Origin: Vibrio cholerae ATCC 14035 | Lineage (GTDB): Bacteria > Pseudomonadota > Gammaproteobacteria > Enterobacterales > Vibrionaceae | NCBI RefSeq assembly: GCF_000621645.1 | Contig: NZ_JHXR01000001.1 | Location: 1-32,000, forward strand | Direction: 5' to 3' | DNA: 32,000 nucleotides | Shown here: positions 1-8,148 of the stretch, one piece after another | How the letters are laid out: the number at the start of each line of letters is the position of its first letter | Position numbering within the stretch: the first letter of the stretch is position 1 | Program-made: the position numbers and the translations under genes | Notes under the pieces: generated by a model | Told to the model about the DNA's origin: nothing | Database searches by the model: none | What the model saw: only the letters and a program-made list of their open reading frames with translations

Positions 1-1
1 T

Positions 2-259
2 CATGTCCACTTAGTTGCGATAATTCCGCCCAAAGTATCGATTTCGACGTTGATGGGAGTTTTAAAGGGTAGGAGTGCAATTAGGCTATTCAACAAGTTT
101 CCACATATCAGGAAAAAGTTATGGGGAAATCATTTTTGGGCGCGAGGCTATTTTGTGGATACGGTAGGTGTAAATGAAGAAATCATTAGACGGTATGTAC
201 GGCATCAAGACAAAAAAGAGCTTGAGCAAGAGCAGCAGTTAGAGTTATTGAGAGACTAA
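2..259 (+). CDS. tnpA: IS200/IS605-family transposase TnpA (Y1 HUH), 5'-truncated by the window edge
   Basis: Frame 2 is open from base 2 and reads HVHLVAIIPPKVSISTLMGVLKGRSAIRLFNKF...WARGYFVDTVG...RRYVRHQ. It shows the HUH motif (HVH) and the C-terminal catalytic Tyr context (Y-x3-Q). Stop codon at 257-259. Confidence 0.85.
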   Translation, partial: HVHLVAIIPPKVSISTLMGVLKGRSAIRLFNKFPHIRKKLWGNHFWARGYFVDTVGVNEEIIRRYVRHQDKKELEQEQQLELLRD

Positions 260-297
260 CAGCGTCGTGGCCCCCTTTTAGGGGGCTTATATTAAAA

Positions 298-325
298 CCG
301 CCTTCTAAGAAGGCGGATTTTTATT
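298..325 (+). terminator. Intrinsic terminator / IS right-end hairpin after tnpA
   Basis: 8-bp GC-rich stem ccgccttc/gaaggcgg followed by atttttatt. Confidence 0.6.
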
Positions 326-511
326 GGTTTTGTGTGGCAGAGAAACCTAAAAAGAAGAACGTAAAAGAGAGAACATCAGCGGCCATCACGCAAAAGAGCG
401 TATAAATGGTTAGCTAATGGTGGCGTTGTGTCTTATCTGAAGGAGCTTAGCTTCCGCCGGAAAGCGGCTTAAGTTATGGATGTGGATGTGATGTCGCTAT
501 CAATAAAGCCC

Positions 512-542
512 AGATAAAACAAAACCTAGCCGAAGCTAGGTT
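512..542 (-). terminator. Rho-independent terminator of the tRNA operon
   Basis: The minus strand reads aacctagc-ttcg-gctaggtt followed by ttttgtttta, starting 8 nt after the last tRNA (Leu-UAG, 550-634). Confidence 0.8.
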
Positions 543-549
543 GTTTATA

Positions 550-634
550 TGGTGCGGAAGAAGAGACTTGAACTCTTACGCCTCGCGGCGCCAGAACCTA
601 AATCTGGTGCGTCTACCAATTTCGCCACTTCCGC
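550..634 (-). tRNA. tRNA-Leu (anticodon UAG)
   Basis: The reverse complement GCGGAAGTGGCGAAATTGGTAGAC...TTCAAGTCTCTTCTTCCGCACCA is 85 nt. It has a perfect 7-bp acceptor stem, anticodon loop TTTAGGT, a long variable arm and an encoded CCA. Confidence 0.95.
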
Positions 635-675
635 AAATTGTATTGATAACTTGATTGCTCAAATCATCGATGTAA

Positions 676-750
676 TGGCAGGTCTGCTAGGATTCGAACC
701 TAGGTATGACGGGATCAAAACCCGTTGCCTTACCGCTTGGCGACAGACCT
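676..750 (-). tRNA. tRNA-Gln (anticodon UUG)
   Basis: The reverse complement AGGTCTGTCGCCAAGCGGTAAGGCAACGGGTTTTGATCCCGTC...TTCGAATCCTAGCAGACCTGCCA is 75 nt. It has an A1:U72 pair, G73, anticodon loop TTTTGAT and an encoded CCA. Confidence 0.95.
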
Positions 751-788
751 GCAGTGTTCTGCACGACGATCGTCGTTGCTCTCAATAA

Positions 789-873
789 TGGTGCGGAAGA
801 AGAGACTTGAACTCTTACGCCTCGCGGCGCCAGAACCTAAATCTGGTGCGTCTACCAATTTCGCCACTTCCGC
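789..873 (-). tRNA. tRNA-Leu (anticodon UAG)
   Basis: Identical in sequence to the 550-634 copy. Confidence 0.95.
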
Positions 874-916
874 ACAAATTTTGTTGATAACCTGATTACT
901 CACGTCATCGAAATAA

Positions 917-991
917 TGGCAGGTCTGCCAGGATTCGAACCTGGGTATGACGGGATCAAAACCCGTTGCCTTACCGCTTGGCGACAGACCT
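917..991 (-). tRNA. tRNA-Gln (anticodon UUG), T-stem variant
   Basis: Same as the other Gln copies except that the T-stem reads ccagg/cctgg instead of ctagg/cctag. This is a compensatory double change that keeps the base pair. Confidence 0.95.
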
Positions 992-1008
992 ACAGAATTC
1001 GATACATT

Positions 1009-1094
1009 TGGTGCGGAAGGAGGGACTTGAACCCTCACGTCCTAAGGACACTAACACCTGAAGCTAGCGCGTCTACCAATTCCGCCACCACCGC
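1009..1094 (-). tRNA. tRNA-Leu (anticodon CAG)
   Basis: The reverse complement GCGGTGGTGGCGGAATTGGTAGACGCGCTAGCTTCAGGTGTTAGT...TTCAAGTCCCTCCTTCCGCACCA is 86 nt. It has anticodon loop TTCAGGT, a long variable arm and an encoded CCA. Confidence 0.9.
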
Positions 1095-1116
1095 GTTAAA
1101 TGCATCAAATTGTAAT

Positions 1117-1193
1117 TGGTGGCTACGACGGGATTCGAACCTGTGACCCCATCATTATGAGTGATGTGCTCTAACCAACTGAGCTACGTAGCC
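1117..1193 (-). tRNA. tRNA-Met (elongator, anticodon CAU)
   Basis: The reverse complement GGCTACGTAGCTCAGTTGGTTAGAGCACATCACTCATAATGATGGGGTCACAGGTTCGAATCCCGTCGTAGCCACCA (77 nt) matches my recollection of enterobacterial metT/metU. Confidence 0.95.
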
Positions 1194-1218
1194 ACTCTAA
1201 ATCTTTTCAGATTTAATA

Positions 1219-1303
1219 TGGTGCGGAAGAAGAGACTTGAACTCTTACGCCTCGCGGCGCCAGAACCTAAATCTGGTGCGTCTACCAATTTCGCCACTTC
1301 CGC
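1219..1303 (-). tRNA. tRNA-Leu (anticodon UAG)
   Basis: Identical to the 550-634 copy. Confidence 0.95.
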
Positions 1304-1344
1304 AAATTTTGTTGATAACTTGATTGCTCAAATCATCGAAATAA

Positions 1345-1419
1345 TGGCAGGTCTGCTAGGATTCGAACCTAGGTATGACGGGATCAAAACCCGTTGCCTT
1401 ACCGCTTGGCGACAGACCT
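1345..1419 (-). tRNA. tRNA-Gln (anticodon UUG)
   Basis: Identical to the 676-750 copy. Confidence 0.95.
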
Positions 1420-1436
1420 ACAGAATTCGATACATT

Positions 1437-1522
1437 TGGTGCGGAAGGAGGGACTTGAACCCTCACGTCCTAAGGACACTAACACCTGAAGCTAGCGCGT
1501 CTACCAATTCCGCCACCACCGC
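1437..1522 (-). tRNA. tRNA-Leu (anticodon CAG)
   Basis: Identical to the 1009-1094 copy. Confidence 0.9.
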
Positions 1523-1545
1523 GTTAAATGCATCAAATTGTAATA

Positions 1546-1622
1546 TGGTGGCTACGACGGGATTTGAACCTGTGACCCCATCATTATGAGTGATGTGCTC
1601 TAACCAACTGAGCTACGTAGCC
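1546..1622 (-). tRNA. tRNA-Met (elongator, anticodon CAU), T-loop variant
   Basis: Same as 1117-1193 except that the T-loop reads TTCAAAT instead of TTCGAAT (purine-to-purine change at position 57). Confidence 0.93.
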
Positions 1623-1699
1623 ATCTTTTCGAGCGAGAGACTATAATACAATCTCGCTCTGACTTCCAATGGTTTTTGCCCCGTTGAAAGTTTGAAAAA

Positions 1700-1774
1700 T
1701 GGCAGGTCTGCTAGGATTCGAACCTAGGTATGACGGGATCAAAACCCGTTGCCTTACCGCTTGGCGACAGACCT
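1700..1774 (-). tRNA. tRNA-Gln (anticodon UUG)
   Basis: Identical to the 676-750 copy. Confidence 0.95.
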
Positions 1775-1801
1775 GCTGTGATGATTAATATCATCAAAAT
1801 A

Positions 1802-1886
1802 TGGTGCGGAAGAAGAGACTTGAACTCTTACACCTTGCGGCGCCAGAACCTAAATCTGGTGCGTCTACCAATTTCGCCACTTCCGC
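1802..1886 (-). tRNA. tRNA-Leu (anticodon UAG), variable-arm variant
   Basis: Same scaffold as the other Leu-UAG copies. The variable arm reads gccgcaaggt instead of gccgcgaggc, giving a G:U pair at the closing position. Confidence 0.93.
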
Positions 1887-1910
1887 AAATTTGTTACAAC
1901 TCGATGCATT

Positions 1911-1996
1911 TGGTGCGGAAGGAGGGACTTGAACCCTCACGTCCGAAGGACACTAACACCTGAAGCTAGCGCGTCTACCAATTCCGCCACCACCGC
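1911..1996 (-). tRNA. tRNA-Leu (anticodon CAG), variable-loop variant
   Basis: Same as 1009-1094 except that the variable-arm loop reads GTCCTTCGGAC instead of GTCCTTAGGAC. Confidence 0.9.
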
Positions 1997-2024
1997 GTGT
2001 CAAAAGCATCAAATTGTCAAAATT

Positions 2025-2101
2025 TGGTGGCTACGACGGGATTCGAACCTGTGACCCCATCATTATGAGTGATGTGCTCTAACCAACTGAGCTACGTAGC
2101 C
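2025..2101 (-). tRNA. tRNA-Met (elongator, anticodon CAU); first gene of the operon
   Basis: Identical to 1117-1193 and lies about 50 nt downstream of the predicted promoter. Confidence 0.95.
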
Positions 2102-2154
2102 AAATTTTATTTTCTTAACGAGAAGGCGATGCCTTATCGCTGAGAACGGAGCGC

Positions 2155-2183
2155 ATTATGCGGATATGGGTTAGGAGCGTCAA
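2155..2183 (-). promoter_or_regulatory. Sigma-70 promoter of the tRNA operon (stable-RNA / stringent type)
   Basis: The minus strand reads TTGACG (2183-2178), a 17-nt spacer, CATAAT (2160-2155), then the GC-rich discriminator gcgctcc. An AT-rich UP-like tract (aaagaatttattcaaaaaaa) lies just upstream of the -35. Confidence 0.7.
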
Positions 2184-2332
2184 CAGTTTTTTTGAATAAA
2201 TTCTTTGAAACCAACCGTTCGGGTTTTTTTTAAACAAAGAGGCGTGTTTATGATCAAAAACCATCACCAAAACAACAAATTCATTACGCTTGGAGAGTCA
2301 TAAAGATCATTTTTTAGAGGCTTATAAATGGC

Positions 2333-2358
2333 AAAAGCCAACACTTTGGTTGGCTTTT
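2333..2358. terminator. Bidirectional intrinsic terminator downstream of ychF
   Basis: aaaagccaac-acttt(g)-gttggctttt: a GC stem flanked by an A-run and a T-run, 20 nt beyond the ychF stop. Confidence 0.75.
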
Positions 2359-2378
2359 GGTTCGCAGTAAAGCGAGAT

Positions 2379-3470
2379 TTAAACGTTGAAGCGGAAGTGG
2401 ATTACATCGCCATCTTTTACGATGTACTCTTTACCTTCCAAGCGCCATTTACCGGCATCTTTGGCACCTGACTCACCATTGAATTGGATGTAGTCATTGT
2501 AACCGATCACTTCAGCACGAATAAAACCACGCTCGAAGTCTGTGTGGATCTTACCCGCGGCTTGTGGTGCGGTCGCACCGACAGGAATGGTCCATGCGCG
2601 CACTTCTTTCACGCCTGCGGTGAAGTAAGTTTGCAGATTGAGTAGGTCATAACCTGAGCGAATCACGCGGTTGAGGCCTGGCTCTTCAATACCGAGGTCG
2701 GCTAAGAACTCATCGCGTTCTTCTTCTTCAAGTTCAGACAGTTCCGCCTCGATCGCTGCACAAACCGCTACCACAGAAGCATTTTCTTTGGCTGCGAACT
2801 CAACCACCGCATCCAGATATGGGTTGTTTTCAAAACCATTTTCATTGACGTTCGCAATGTACATGGTGGGTTTTAGCGTCAGCAGGTTTAAATAACCGAC
2901 GGCCAGTAATTCTTCTTTGGTTAGGTTGACGGAACGAGCCGATTGGCCTTCGCTCAGAACAGGTTGCAGCTTTTCAAGTACCGCGAGTTCAAATTTGGCT
3001 TCTTTATCGCCACCTTTAGCGCGTTTGCTTTGACGCAGAATCGCGCGCTCGCAGCTGTCTAAGTCAGCCAGCGCTAATTCAAGATTGATGATTTCGATGT
3101 CTTCCAGCGGTGACACTTTACCCGCCACGTGAATGATGTTTTCGTTTTCAAAGCAGCGTACTACGTGACCAATTGCATCAGTTTCACGGATGTTAGCGAG
3201 GAATTTGTTACCTAGACCTTCTCCTTTTGATGCGCCCGCCACTAGACCTGCAATGTCCACAAACTCCATCGTCGTTGGCAGAATGCGTTCAGGTTTGACA
3301 ATCGCGGCTAAGGCATCCAGACGCGGATCTGGTACAGGCACAACGCCTGTATTTGGTTCGATAGTACAAAACGGGAAGTTAGCTGCTTCGATGCCCGCTT
3401 TGGTCAGCGCATTAAAAAGAGTTGATTTACCTACGTTTGGCAAACCGACGATGCCACATTTAAAACCCAT
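2379..3470 (-). CDS. ychF: Ribosome-binding ATPase YchF (Obg-family GTPase/ATPase)
   Basis: Starts [23 protein letters not shown] (P-loop) and ends ...[10 protein letters not shown], 363 aa. The ORF-track start at 3530 adds 20 residues that overlap the end of pth, so I use the internal Met. Confidence 0.95.
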   Translation of the reverse strand: MGFKCGIVGLPNVGKSTLFNALTKAGIEAANFPFCTIEPNTGVVPVPDPRLDALAAIVKPERILPTTMEFVDIAGLVAGASKGEGLGNKFLANIRETDAIGHVVRCFENENIIHVAGKVSPLEDIEIINLELALADLDSCERAILRQSKRAKGGDKEAKFELAVLEKLQPVLSEGQSARSVNLTKEELLAVGYLNLLTLKPTMYIANVNENGFENNPYLDAVVEFAAKENASVVAVCAAIEAELSELEEEERDEFLADLGIEEPGLNRVIRSGYDLLNLQTYFTAGVKEVRAWTIPVGATAPQAAGKIHTDFERGFIRAEVIGYNDYIQFNGESGAKDAGKWRLEGKEYIVKDGDVIHFRFNV

Positions 3471-3480
3471 GACTGTAACC

Positions 3481-4071
3481 TTATTCAGCTTTGAAAGTGT
3501 GTAAACGATTTTGTGCTTTGGTGAGGCCATCCTTCATGAGGATCTCAAGGCAGCGAACGGATTCATCCACTGCGGCATCAAGGCATTCTTGCTCTTTAGC
3601 GGGAGCTTTGCCTAGTACATAACCGGCTACTTTGTCTTTATGTCCCGGATGGCCGATGCCAAGCCGTAGACGATAGAATTCTTTGTTGTTGCCTAATTTG
3701 CTTATGGTGTCTTTGAGCCCATTATGCCCGCCATGTCCGCCACCTTGCTTAAATTTTGCCACACCGGGTGGTAAGTCTAGCTCATCGTGGGCAACCATGA
3801 TCTCTTCTGGCTTGATCTGATAGAAATTGGCCAGTGCAGCAATCGCTTTGCCGGAGAGATTCATGAAAGTGGTGGGGATTAACACGCGTAACTCTTGGCT
3901 GTTAATCAACAAACGTCCGGTCAGACCAAAAAACTTCGGCTCATTTTTGAGCGTGACGTTATGGATACGGGCTAACTCTTCGACAACCCAAGCACCTGCA
4001 TTATGGCGTGTTTTCGCGTATTCCGGCCCAGGATTGGCCAGTCCGACAAGGAGTTTGATTGGTTGACTCAA
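3481..4071 (-). CDS. pth: Peptidyl-tRNA hydrolase
   Basis: 196 aa reading [28 protein letters not shown]...[10 protein letters not shown]. Shows the canonical Pth motifs and pth-ychF synteny. Confidence 0.95.
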
Positions 4072-4150
4072 GGCGAATATCTCTTCGGAAACTCAAAAGC
4101 GCGGTATGATAGCACACATCCGCCGCGAGGTGCGAGTCACACAAAAGGCA

Positions 4151-4183
4151 ATAAAAAAGCGCTTCATCGGAGATGAAACGCTT
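4151..4183 (-). terminator. Intrinsic terminator after prs
   Basis: The minus strand forms an 11-bp stem with one mismatch (aagcgtttcatc / gatgaagcgctt) followed by ttttttat. Confidence 0.7.
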
Positions 4184-4239
4184 TCGTATCATCGATTCCA
4201 GAGCTTACCTGACAGCAGATAGACTGGGTTACTCAATGA

Positions 4240-5184
4240 TTAGTTAAACATCGCAGAGATGGACTCTTCGTTGCTGATACGACGAATCGCTTCAGCCAGC
4301 ATGCTTGATAGAGTCAACTGAGTCACTTTTCCTGTCGCCGCCATCTCTTTTGATAGGGTGATAGAGTCAGTCACAATCACTTGATCCAACACAGAGTTTT
4401 TGATGTTTTTCGCTGCATTGCCTGAGAATACCGCGTGAGTGGCGTAAGCAAATACGCGTTTCGCACCACGCTCTTTCAGCGCTTCCGCGGCTTTACACAG
4501 TGTGCCACCAGTGTCGATCATGTCATCGACAATCACACAGTCACGGCCTTCAACATCACCGATCAGGTTCATGACTTCTGAAACGTTCGCGCGTGGACGA
4601 CGCTTATCTACGATCGCGATATCGATGTCACCCAGTGCTTTCGCGGTTGCGCGAGCACGCACCACACCACCAAGGTCTGGCGATACGACAACAGGATCTT
4701 CCAAGTTACGTGCTTTCATATCTTCCAGCAGGACAGGGGTACCGAAAATGTTGTCTACTGGAACATCGAAGAAGCCTTGGATCTGCTCTGCGTGGAGGTC
4801 GATAGTCAGAACGCGGTCAACACCAACGTTAGAAAGGAAGTCTGCAACAACTTTTGCAGTGATAGGTACACGAGCCGAGCGCACACGGCGGTCTTGGCGG
4901 GCATAGCCGAAGTAAGGGATAACTGCCGTAATACGGCCTGCAGAAGCACGGCGCATTGCGTCAATCATTACCACCAGTTCCATCAGGTTGTCATTGGTTG
5001 GGGCACAGGTGGATTGAATGATAAATACATCGCTACCACGCACATTTTCGTTGATTTGTACTGCTACTTCACCATCAGAGAAACGAGAAACAGTAGCATC
5101 ACCAAGGGAAATGTACAGGCGATCTGCAATACGTTGGGCTAGTTCGGGTATTGCGTTACCAGCAAATAGCTTCATATCAGGCAC
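4240..5184 (-). CDS. prs: Ribose-phosphate pyrophosphokinase (PRPP synthetase)
   Basis: 314 aa reading [24 protein letters not shown]...[14 protein letters not shown]...[10 protein letters not shown]. The PRPP-binding loop is present. Confidence 0.95.
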   Translation of the reverse strand: MPDMKLFAGNAIPELAQRIADRLYISLGDATVSRFSDGEVAVQINENVRGSDVFIIQSTCAPTNDNLMELVVMIDAMRRASAGRITAVIPYFGYARQDRRVRSARVPITAKVVADFLSNVGVDRVLTIDLHAEQIQGFFDVPVDNIFGTPVLLEDMKARNLEDPVVVSPDLGGVVRARATAKALGDIDIAIVDKRRPRANVSEVMNLIGDVEGRDCVIVDDMIDTGGTLCKAAEALKERGAKRVFAYATHAVFSGNAAKNIKNSVLDQVIVTDSITLSKEMAATGKVTQLTLSSMLAEAIRRISNEESISAMFN

Positions 5185-5214
5185 GGTGGAAACCTCAGGG
5201 TTGCGTCCAGTTTT

Positions 5215-6087
5215 TTAGTAAGGTCGGATTTTAGCTGATTGGTAGTCAGCCAACGTCTTTCTGAGCGGTGAAACATTGCGCCCTTGGGCGACAAACGCTA
5301 AGACGTTGTCAGATAATTGAGCAAAGACGGCCTGTGCATCTTTCCTGCTCGAAAACTCAGCAAAAACGCAAGATCCCGTCCCGGTCAATCTTGACGGCGC
5401 GTATTGTAGCAGCCATGAAAGTTGCTTATCAACCTCGGGGTACAGTGATCGGACAATTTTTTCGCAATCGTTTTCGTACGGGGTGGTAAGAAGGCTTGCC
5501 AGATCACGCTTTGGCGTGTTTCTCATCAGCTGTGGATGAGTGAAAATATCTTTTGTCGCGATGCTGACCGCAGGGCGAACCACGAGATACCATTTTTCCT
5601 CTGGCTCTACTGCGGATAATTCTTCGCCAACTCCTTCAGCAAAAGCCGCAAAACCACGAGTAAAGACAGGGACATCCGCTCCGAGTGCCAGCCCAATTTC
5701 AGCCAATTGATCATCGCTAAGCCCAGTTTGCCACAAGTAATTGAGTGCGACTAAGGTAGTGGCCGCATTGGATGATCCGCCACCAATTCCGCCGCCCATA
5801 GGCAACACCTTGTGCAGTTGAATGTCTGCGCCGAGTGGTGATTGCGCCGCATTTTTGAGTGCCATCGCGGCTTTGTAAATCAGGTTATCTTCTAACGCGA
5901 CATCGGCCAGAGCAGGAGAGAGGGTGATGTTGCCGCTGTTGTTGGCGGTAATGGTTAACTCATCACCGTGATCGAGAAACTGAAACAAGGTCTGCAGATC
6001 GTGATAGCCGTTAGCTCGACGACCTGTGATGTAAAGGAACAGGTTGAGTTTGGCCGGTGAAGGCCACACGGTTGTGCCGTGGATCAT
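5215..6087 (-). CDS. ispE: 4-diphosphocytidyl-2-C-methyl-D-erythritol kinase
   Basis: Reads [17 protein letters not shown]...[15 protein letters not shown]...[11 protein letters not shown] (GHMP kinase motifs). I start at the Met whose ATG overlaps the lolB TGA stop (ATGA); the upstream ATG at 6102 is an alternative. Confidence 0.9.
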   Translation of the reverse strand: MIHGTTVWPSPAKLNLFLYITGRRANGYHDLQTLFQFLDHGDELTITANNSGNITLSPALADVALEDNLIYKAAMALKNAAQSPLGADIQLHKVLPMGGGIGGGSSNAATTLVALNYLWQTGLSDDQLAEIGLALGADVPVFTRGFAAFAEGVGEELSAVEPEEKWYLVVRPAVSIATKDIFTHPQLMRNTPKRDLASLLTTPYENDCEKIVRSLYPEVDKQLSWLLQYAPSRLTGTGSCVFAEFSSRKDAQAVFAQLSDNVLAFVAQGRNVSPLRKTLADYQSAKIRPY

Positions 6088-6701
6088 GGGAGCAGCGTCC
6101 ATTGTGAGATCACCAGTTGAATCGAGGTTTTATTTTGCTGGAGTTTAAGTTTATCAGGCAGCGGAATGGGCTGATGTTGCCACTCAATCGCTTGGTAACG
6201 TTGGTATTCTACGTGCCATTCCTCCGTTGAGGCGAGTTTGGTGAGAGTGGCAAGAGTGTTTTGTTCATTCAACTCGTAATGGGTTGCTTGGGTCGGCAAG
6301 CCTAAAATCCAATCTTCAAGCTGTTCAACGGGAATATCTAACCCTGTTAAATTGCGGATCAGGCTTTGTGCATCTTGGTCGCGGTAGATTTGATCATCAT
6401 AAGTTTCGACCCGCGCACCTTGTTCATCGACCTGTAAGTTCAGCACGGTTTGACCAAGAAAATTGCTTAAACGCAGTGAGAGTTTTTGTGGGCTTTTTTG
6501 CCATTGAAAGTTGAACGATTGTCGCTGATCGGGCGCGATATAGCCGAGTTTTCCGGTTAATTGATAATGTTGAATTTGTTCTAGAGTGACTTGGTGTGAT
6601 TGCCATTGAACATTGACGGGTTGTAGCGGTGCGGTGGCACAACCTGCCAAAAGCAACAGACTCGCCAATCCTGGCAGTAGGCGACGTACGAGAGCATTCA
6701 T
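6084..6701 (-). CDS. lolB: Outer-membrane lipoprotein receptor LolB
   Basis: Reads [21 protein letters not shown], with lipobox LLAGC. It sits in the lolB-ispE-prs synteny. The ORF-track start at 6719 is a TTG codon, so ATG at 6701 is preferred. Confidence 0.85.
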   Translation of the reverse strand: MNALVRRLLPGLASLLLLAGCATAPLQPVNVQWQSHQVTLEQIQHYQLTGKLGYIAPDQRQSFNFQWQKSPQKLSLRLSNFLGQTVLNLQVDEQGARVETYDDQIYRDQDAQSLIRNLTGLDIPVEQLEDWILGLPTQATHYELNEQNTLATLTKLASTEEWHVEYQRYQAIEWQHQPIPLPDKLKLQQNKTSIQLVISQWTLLP

Positions 6702-6859
6702 AGTGCGTTTTTTATCCAAAGCGAGAGCGAAAACGGGCTAACTATATCATTGATCTCACGAACTCAGGAAAACAAATCCGGTCTGCCCTTTCAATCAAAG
6801 AGGGCATCAAGTAAAATTCCGCCTCTAGTCCACCACACATATCTGAGAATCCTCTATAG

Positions 6860-8119
6860 ATGTCTTTGCTTGCCATTGGAATCAATCACAATACGGCGTC
6901 GGTAGAATTGCGGGAAAAAGTGGCGTTCGGTCCAGAGAAGCTCTCTTTGGCGCTGAATCAGCTTTCCACCAGTTCACACGTTAAAGGAGGCGTGATCCTC
7001 TCAACGTGTAACCGCACCGAAATTTATTGTGATGTGAGATCAGCAAGTAAAAACAAAGTCATCGAATGGTTGTCCCAGTTTCACCAAGTCAGCTTGGATG
7101 AGTTAAAACCCAGCCTATACGTTCATGAAGAGCAAGCCGCCATTCGTCATTTGATGCGTGTCGCCTGTGGTTTGGACTCTCTAGTGTTGGGCGAGCCGCA
7201 GATATTAGGACAAGTTAAGCAAGCTTACGCAGAGGCGAGAGAGAATCACGCCGTCAATCCGGCGACGGAAAAGCTGTTTCAAAAGGCTTTTTCGGTCGCG
7301 AAACGGGTAAGAACAGAAACCGAAATCGGCGGCAGCGCGGTTTCGGTCGCTTATGCCGCTTGCACTTTAGCAAAACACATTTTTGAATCGCTGGCCGACG
7401 CTACGGTACTGTTGGTCGGGGCTGGTGAAACCATTGAACTGGTAGCAAAACATTTGGCCGGACACCACTGTAAACGGATGATAGTGGCGAACCGCACGCG
7501 AGAGCGAGCTTTGAGCTTAGCGCAGCAGTTTGGCGCCGACGTCATCGCATTAAATGAGATCCCAGACTATTTAGCGCAAGCGGATATTGTGATCAGCTCG
7601 ACCGCTAGCCCTTTGCCCATCATAGGTAAAGGCATGGTCGAAAGTGCACTAAAGGCCCGTCGCCATCAGCCTATGTTGTTGGTGGATATTGCCGTGCCAC
7701 GCGATATTGAGCCGCAGGTCGGTAAGCTTAACGATGCTTATCTCTATTCGGTCGATGACTTGCAGTCGATTGTCGATAGCAATATCGAGCAGCGCAAAGT
7801 GGAAGCGATTCAGGCAGAAGCGATTGTCAGTGAAGAGAGCGCCACCTTCATGAGTTGGATGCGCTCACTGCAAGCGGTGGACAGTATTCGTGATTATCGT
7901 AAGCAAGCCAATGAAGCGCGTGAAGAGCTACTCAATAAAAGTTTGCAAGCATTGGCAGCGGGTGGCGATCCTGAAAAGCTGCTCATAGAATTAAGCAACA
8001 AACTGACCAACAAACTAATTCACACCCCAACCCGAGCGCTACAAACCGCGGCGGAACAAGGGGAACCGGCTAAACTGGCCGTGATCAGACAAAGTTTAGG
8101 TCTTGACGATCTGAACTAA
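6860..8119 (+). CDS. hemA: Glutamyl-tRNA reductase
   Basis: 419 aa reading [23 protein letters not shown]...STCNRTEIY. Active-site Cys context and the NAD-binding GAGE motif are present. Confidence 0.95.
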   Translation: MSLLAIGINHNTASVELREKVAFGPEKLSLALNQLSTSSHVKGGVILSTCNRTEIYCDVRSASKNKVIEWLSQFHQVSLDELKPSLYVHEEQAAIRHLMRVACGLDSLVLGEPQILGQVKQAYAEARENHAVNPATEKLFQKAFSVAKRVRTETEIGGSAVSVAYAACTLAKHIFESLADATVLLVGAGETIELVAKHLAGHHCKRMIVANRTRERALSLAQQFGADVIALNEIPDYLAQADIVISSTASPLPIIGKGMVESALKARRHQPMLLVDIAVPRDIEPQVGKLNDAYLYSVDDLQSIVDSNIEQRKVEAIQAEAIVSEESATFMSWMRSLQAVDSIRDYRKQANEAREELLNKSLQALAAGGDPEKLLIELSNKLTNKLIHTPTRALQTAAEQGEPAKLAVIRQSLGLDDLN

Positions 8120-8148
8120 ATCTCAACTTAGAGTTTAAAGAAGCAACT

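Larger units (their letters stand above)
1..330 (+). mobile_element. Right-hand part of an IS200/IS605-family insertion sequence (IS1004-like). The left end lies outside the window and the right boundary is approximate.
   Basis: Contains the C-terminal two-thirds of a Y1 (HUH) transposase ORF, followed by two subterminal hairpins (270-286 gccccc/gggggc; 298-316 ccgccttc/gaaggcgg). This architecture is typical of IS200-type ends. Confidence 0.7.
789..1193 (-). repeat. Tandem tRNA unit, copy 1 (Met / Leu-CAG / Gln / Leu-UAG including spacers)
   Basis: Aligns with 1219-1622 at an offset of 428-430 nt. The spacers match too: acagaattcgatacatt is identical in both, and gttaaatgcatcaaattgtaat differs by a 1-nt indel. 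Confidence 0.9.
1219..1622 (-). repeat. Tandem tRNA unit, copy 2
   Basis: See copy 1. Differences are limited to a few spacer substitutions, the Gln T-stem pair and the Met T-loop base. Confidence 0.9.

Noticed and set aside
549-1963. ORF-track ORFs 549-788(+), 730-1038(-), 916-1146(+), 1161-1589(+) and 1730-1963(+).
   Set aside because: They read straight through tRNA genes on either strand. Their repeated peptide segments (for example MVRKKRLELLRLAAPEPKSGASTNFATSA) are just translated tRNA-Leu copies. They have no RBS and no coding signal.
550-2101. Regular repeat/spacer appearance that could be mistaken for a CRISPR array.
   Set aside because: The repeats are 75-86 nt and each folds as a canonical tRNA with an anticodon and CCA end. 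The spacers are themselves repeated between units. No cas genes are present in the window.
2379-3530. Longer N-terminal versions of several ORFs in the track: ychF to 3530, ushA from 12502, bepA to 20755, MCP from 22120, M15 peptidase to 28550, yffB to 30037, lolB to 6719.
   Set aside because: The internal starts restore canonical N-termini (P-loop, lipobox, signal peptide or CxxS motif) and have better SD sequences. They also remove large overlaps with upstream genes.
2671-5218. Antisense or embedded ORFs within ychF, pth and prs (2671-2895, 3190-3504, 3827-4066, 4001-4192, 4502-4906, 4593-4805, 4777-5142, 5018-5218).
   Set aside because: They lie entirely inside well-supported genes on the opposite strand and have Ser/Arg/Thr-rich low-complexity translations typical of antisense frames. 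No RBS is present.
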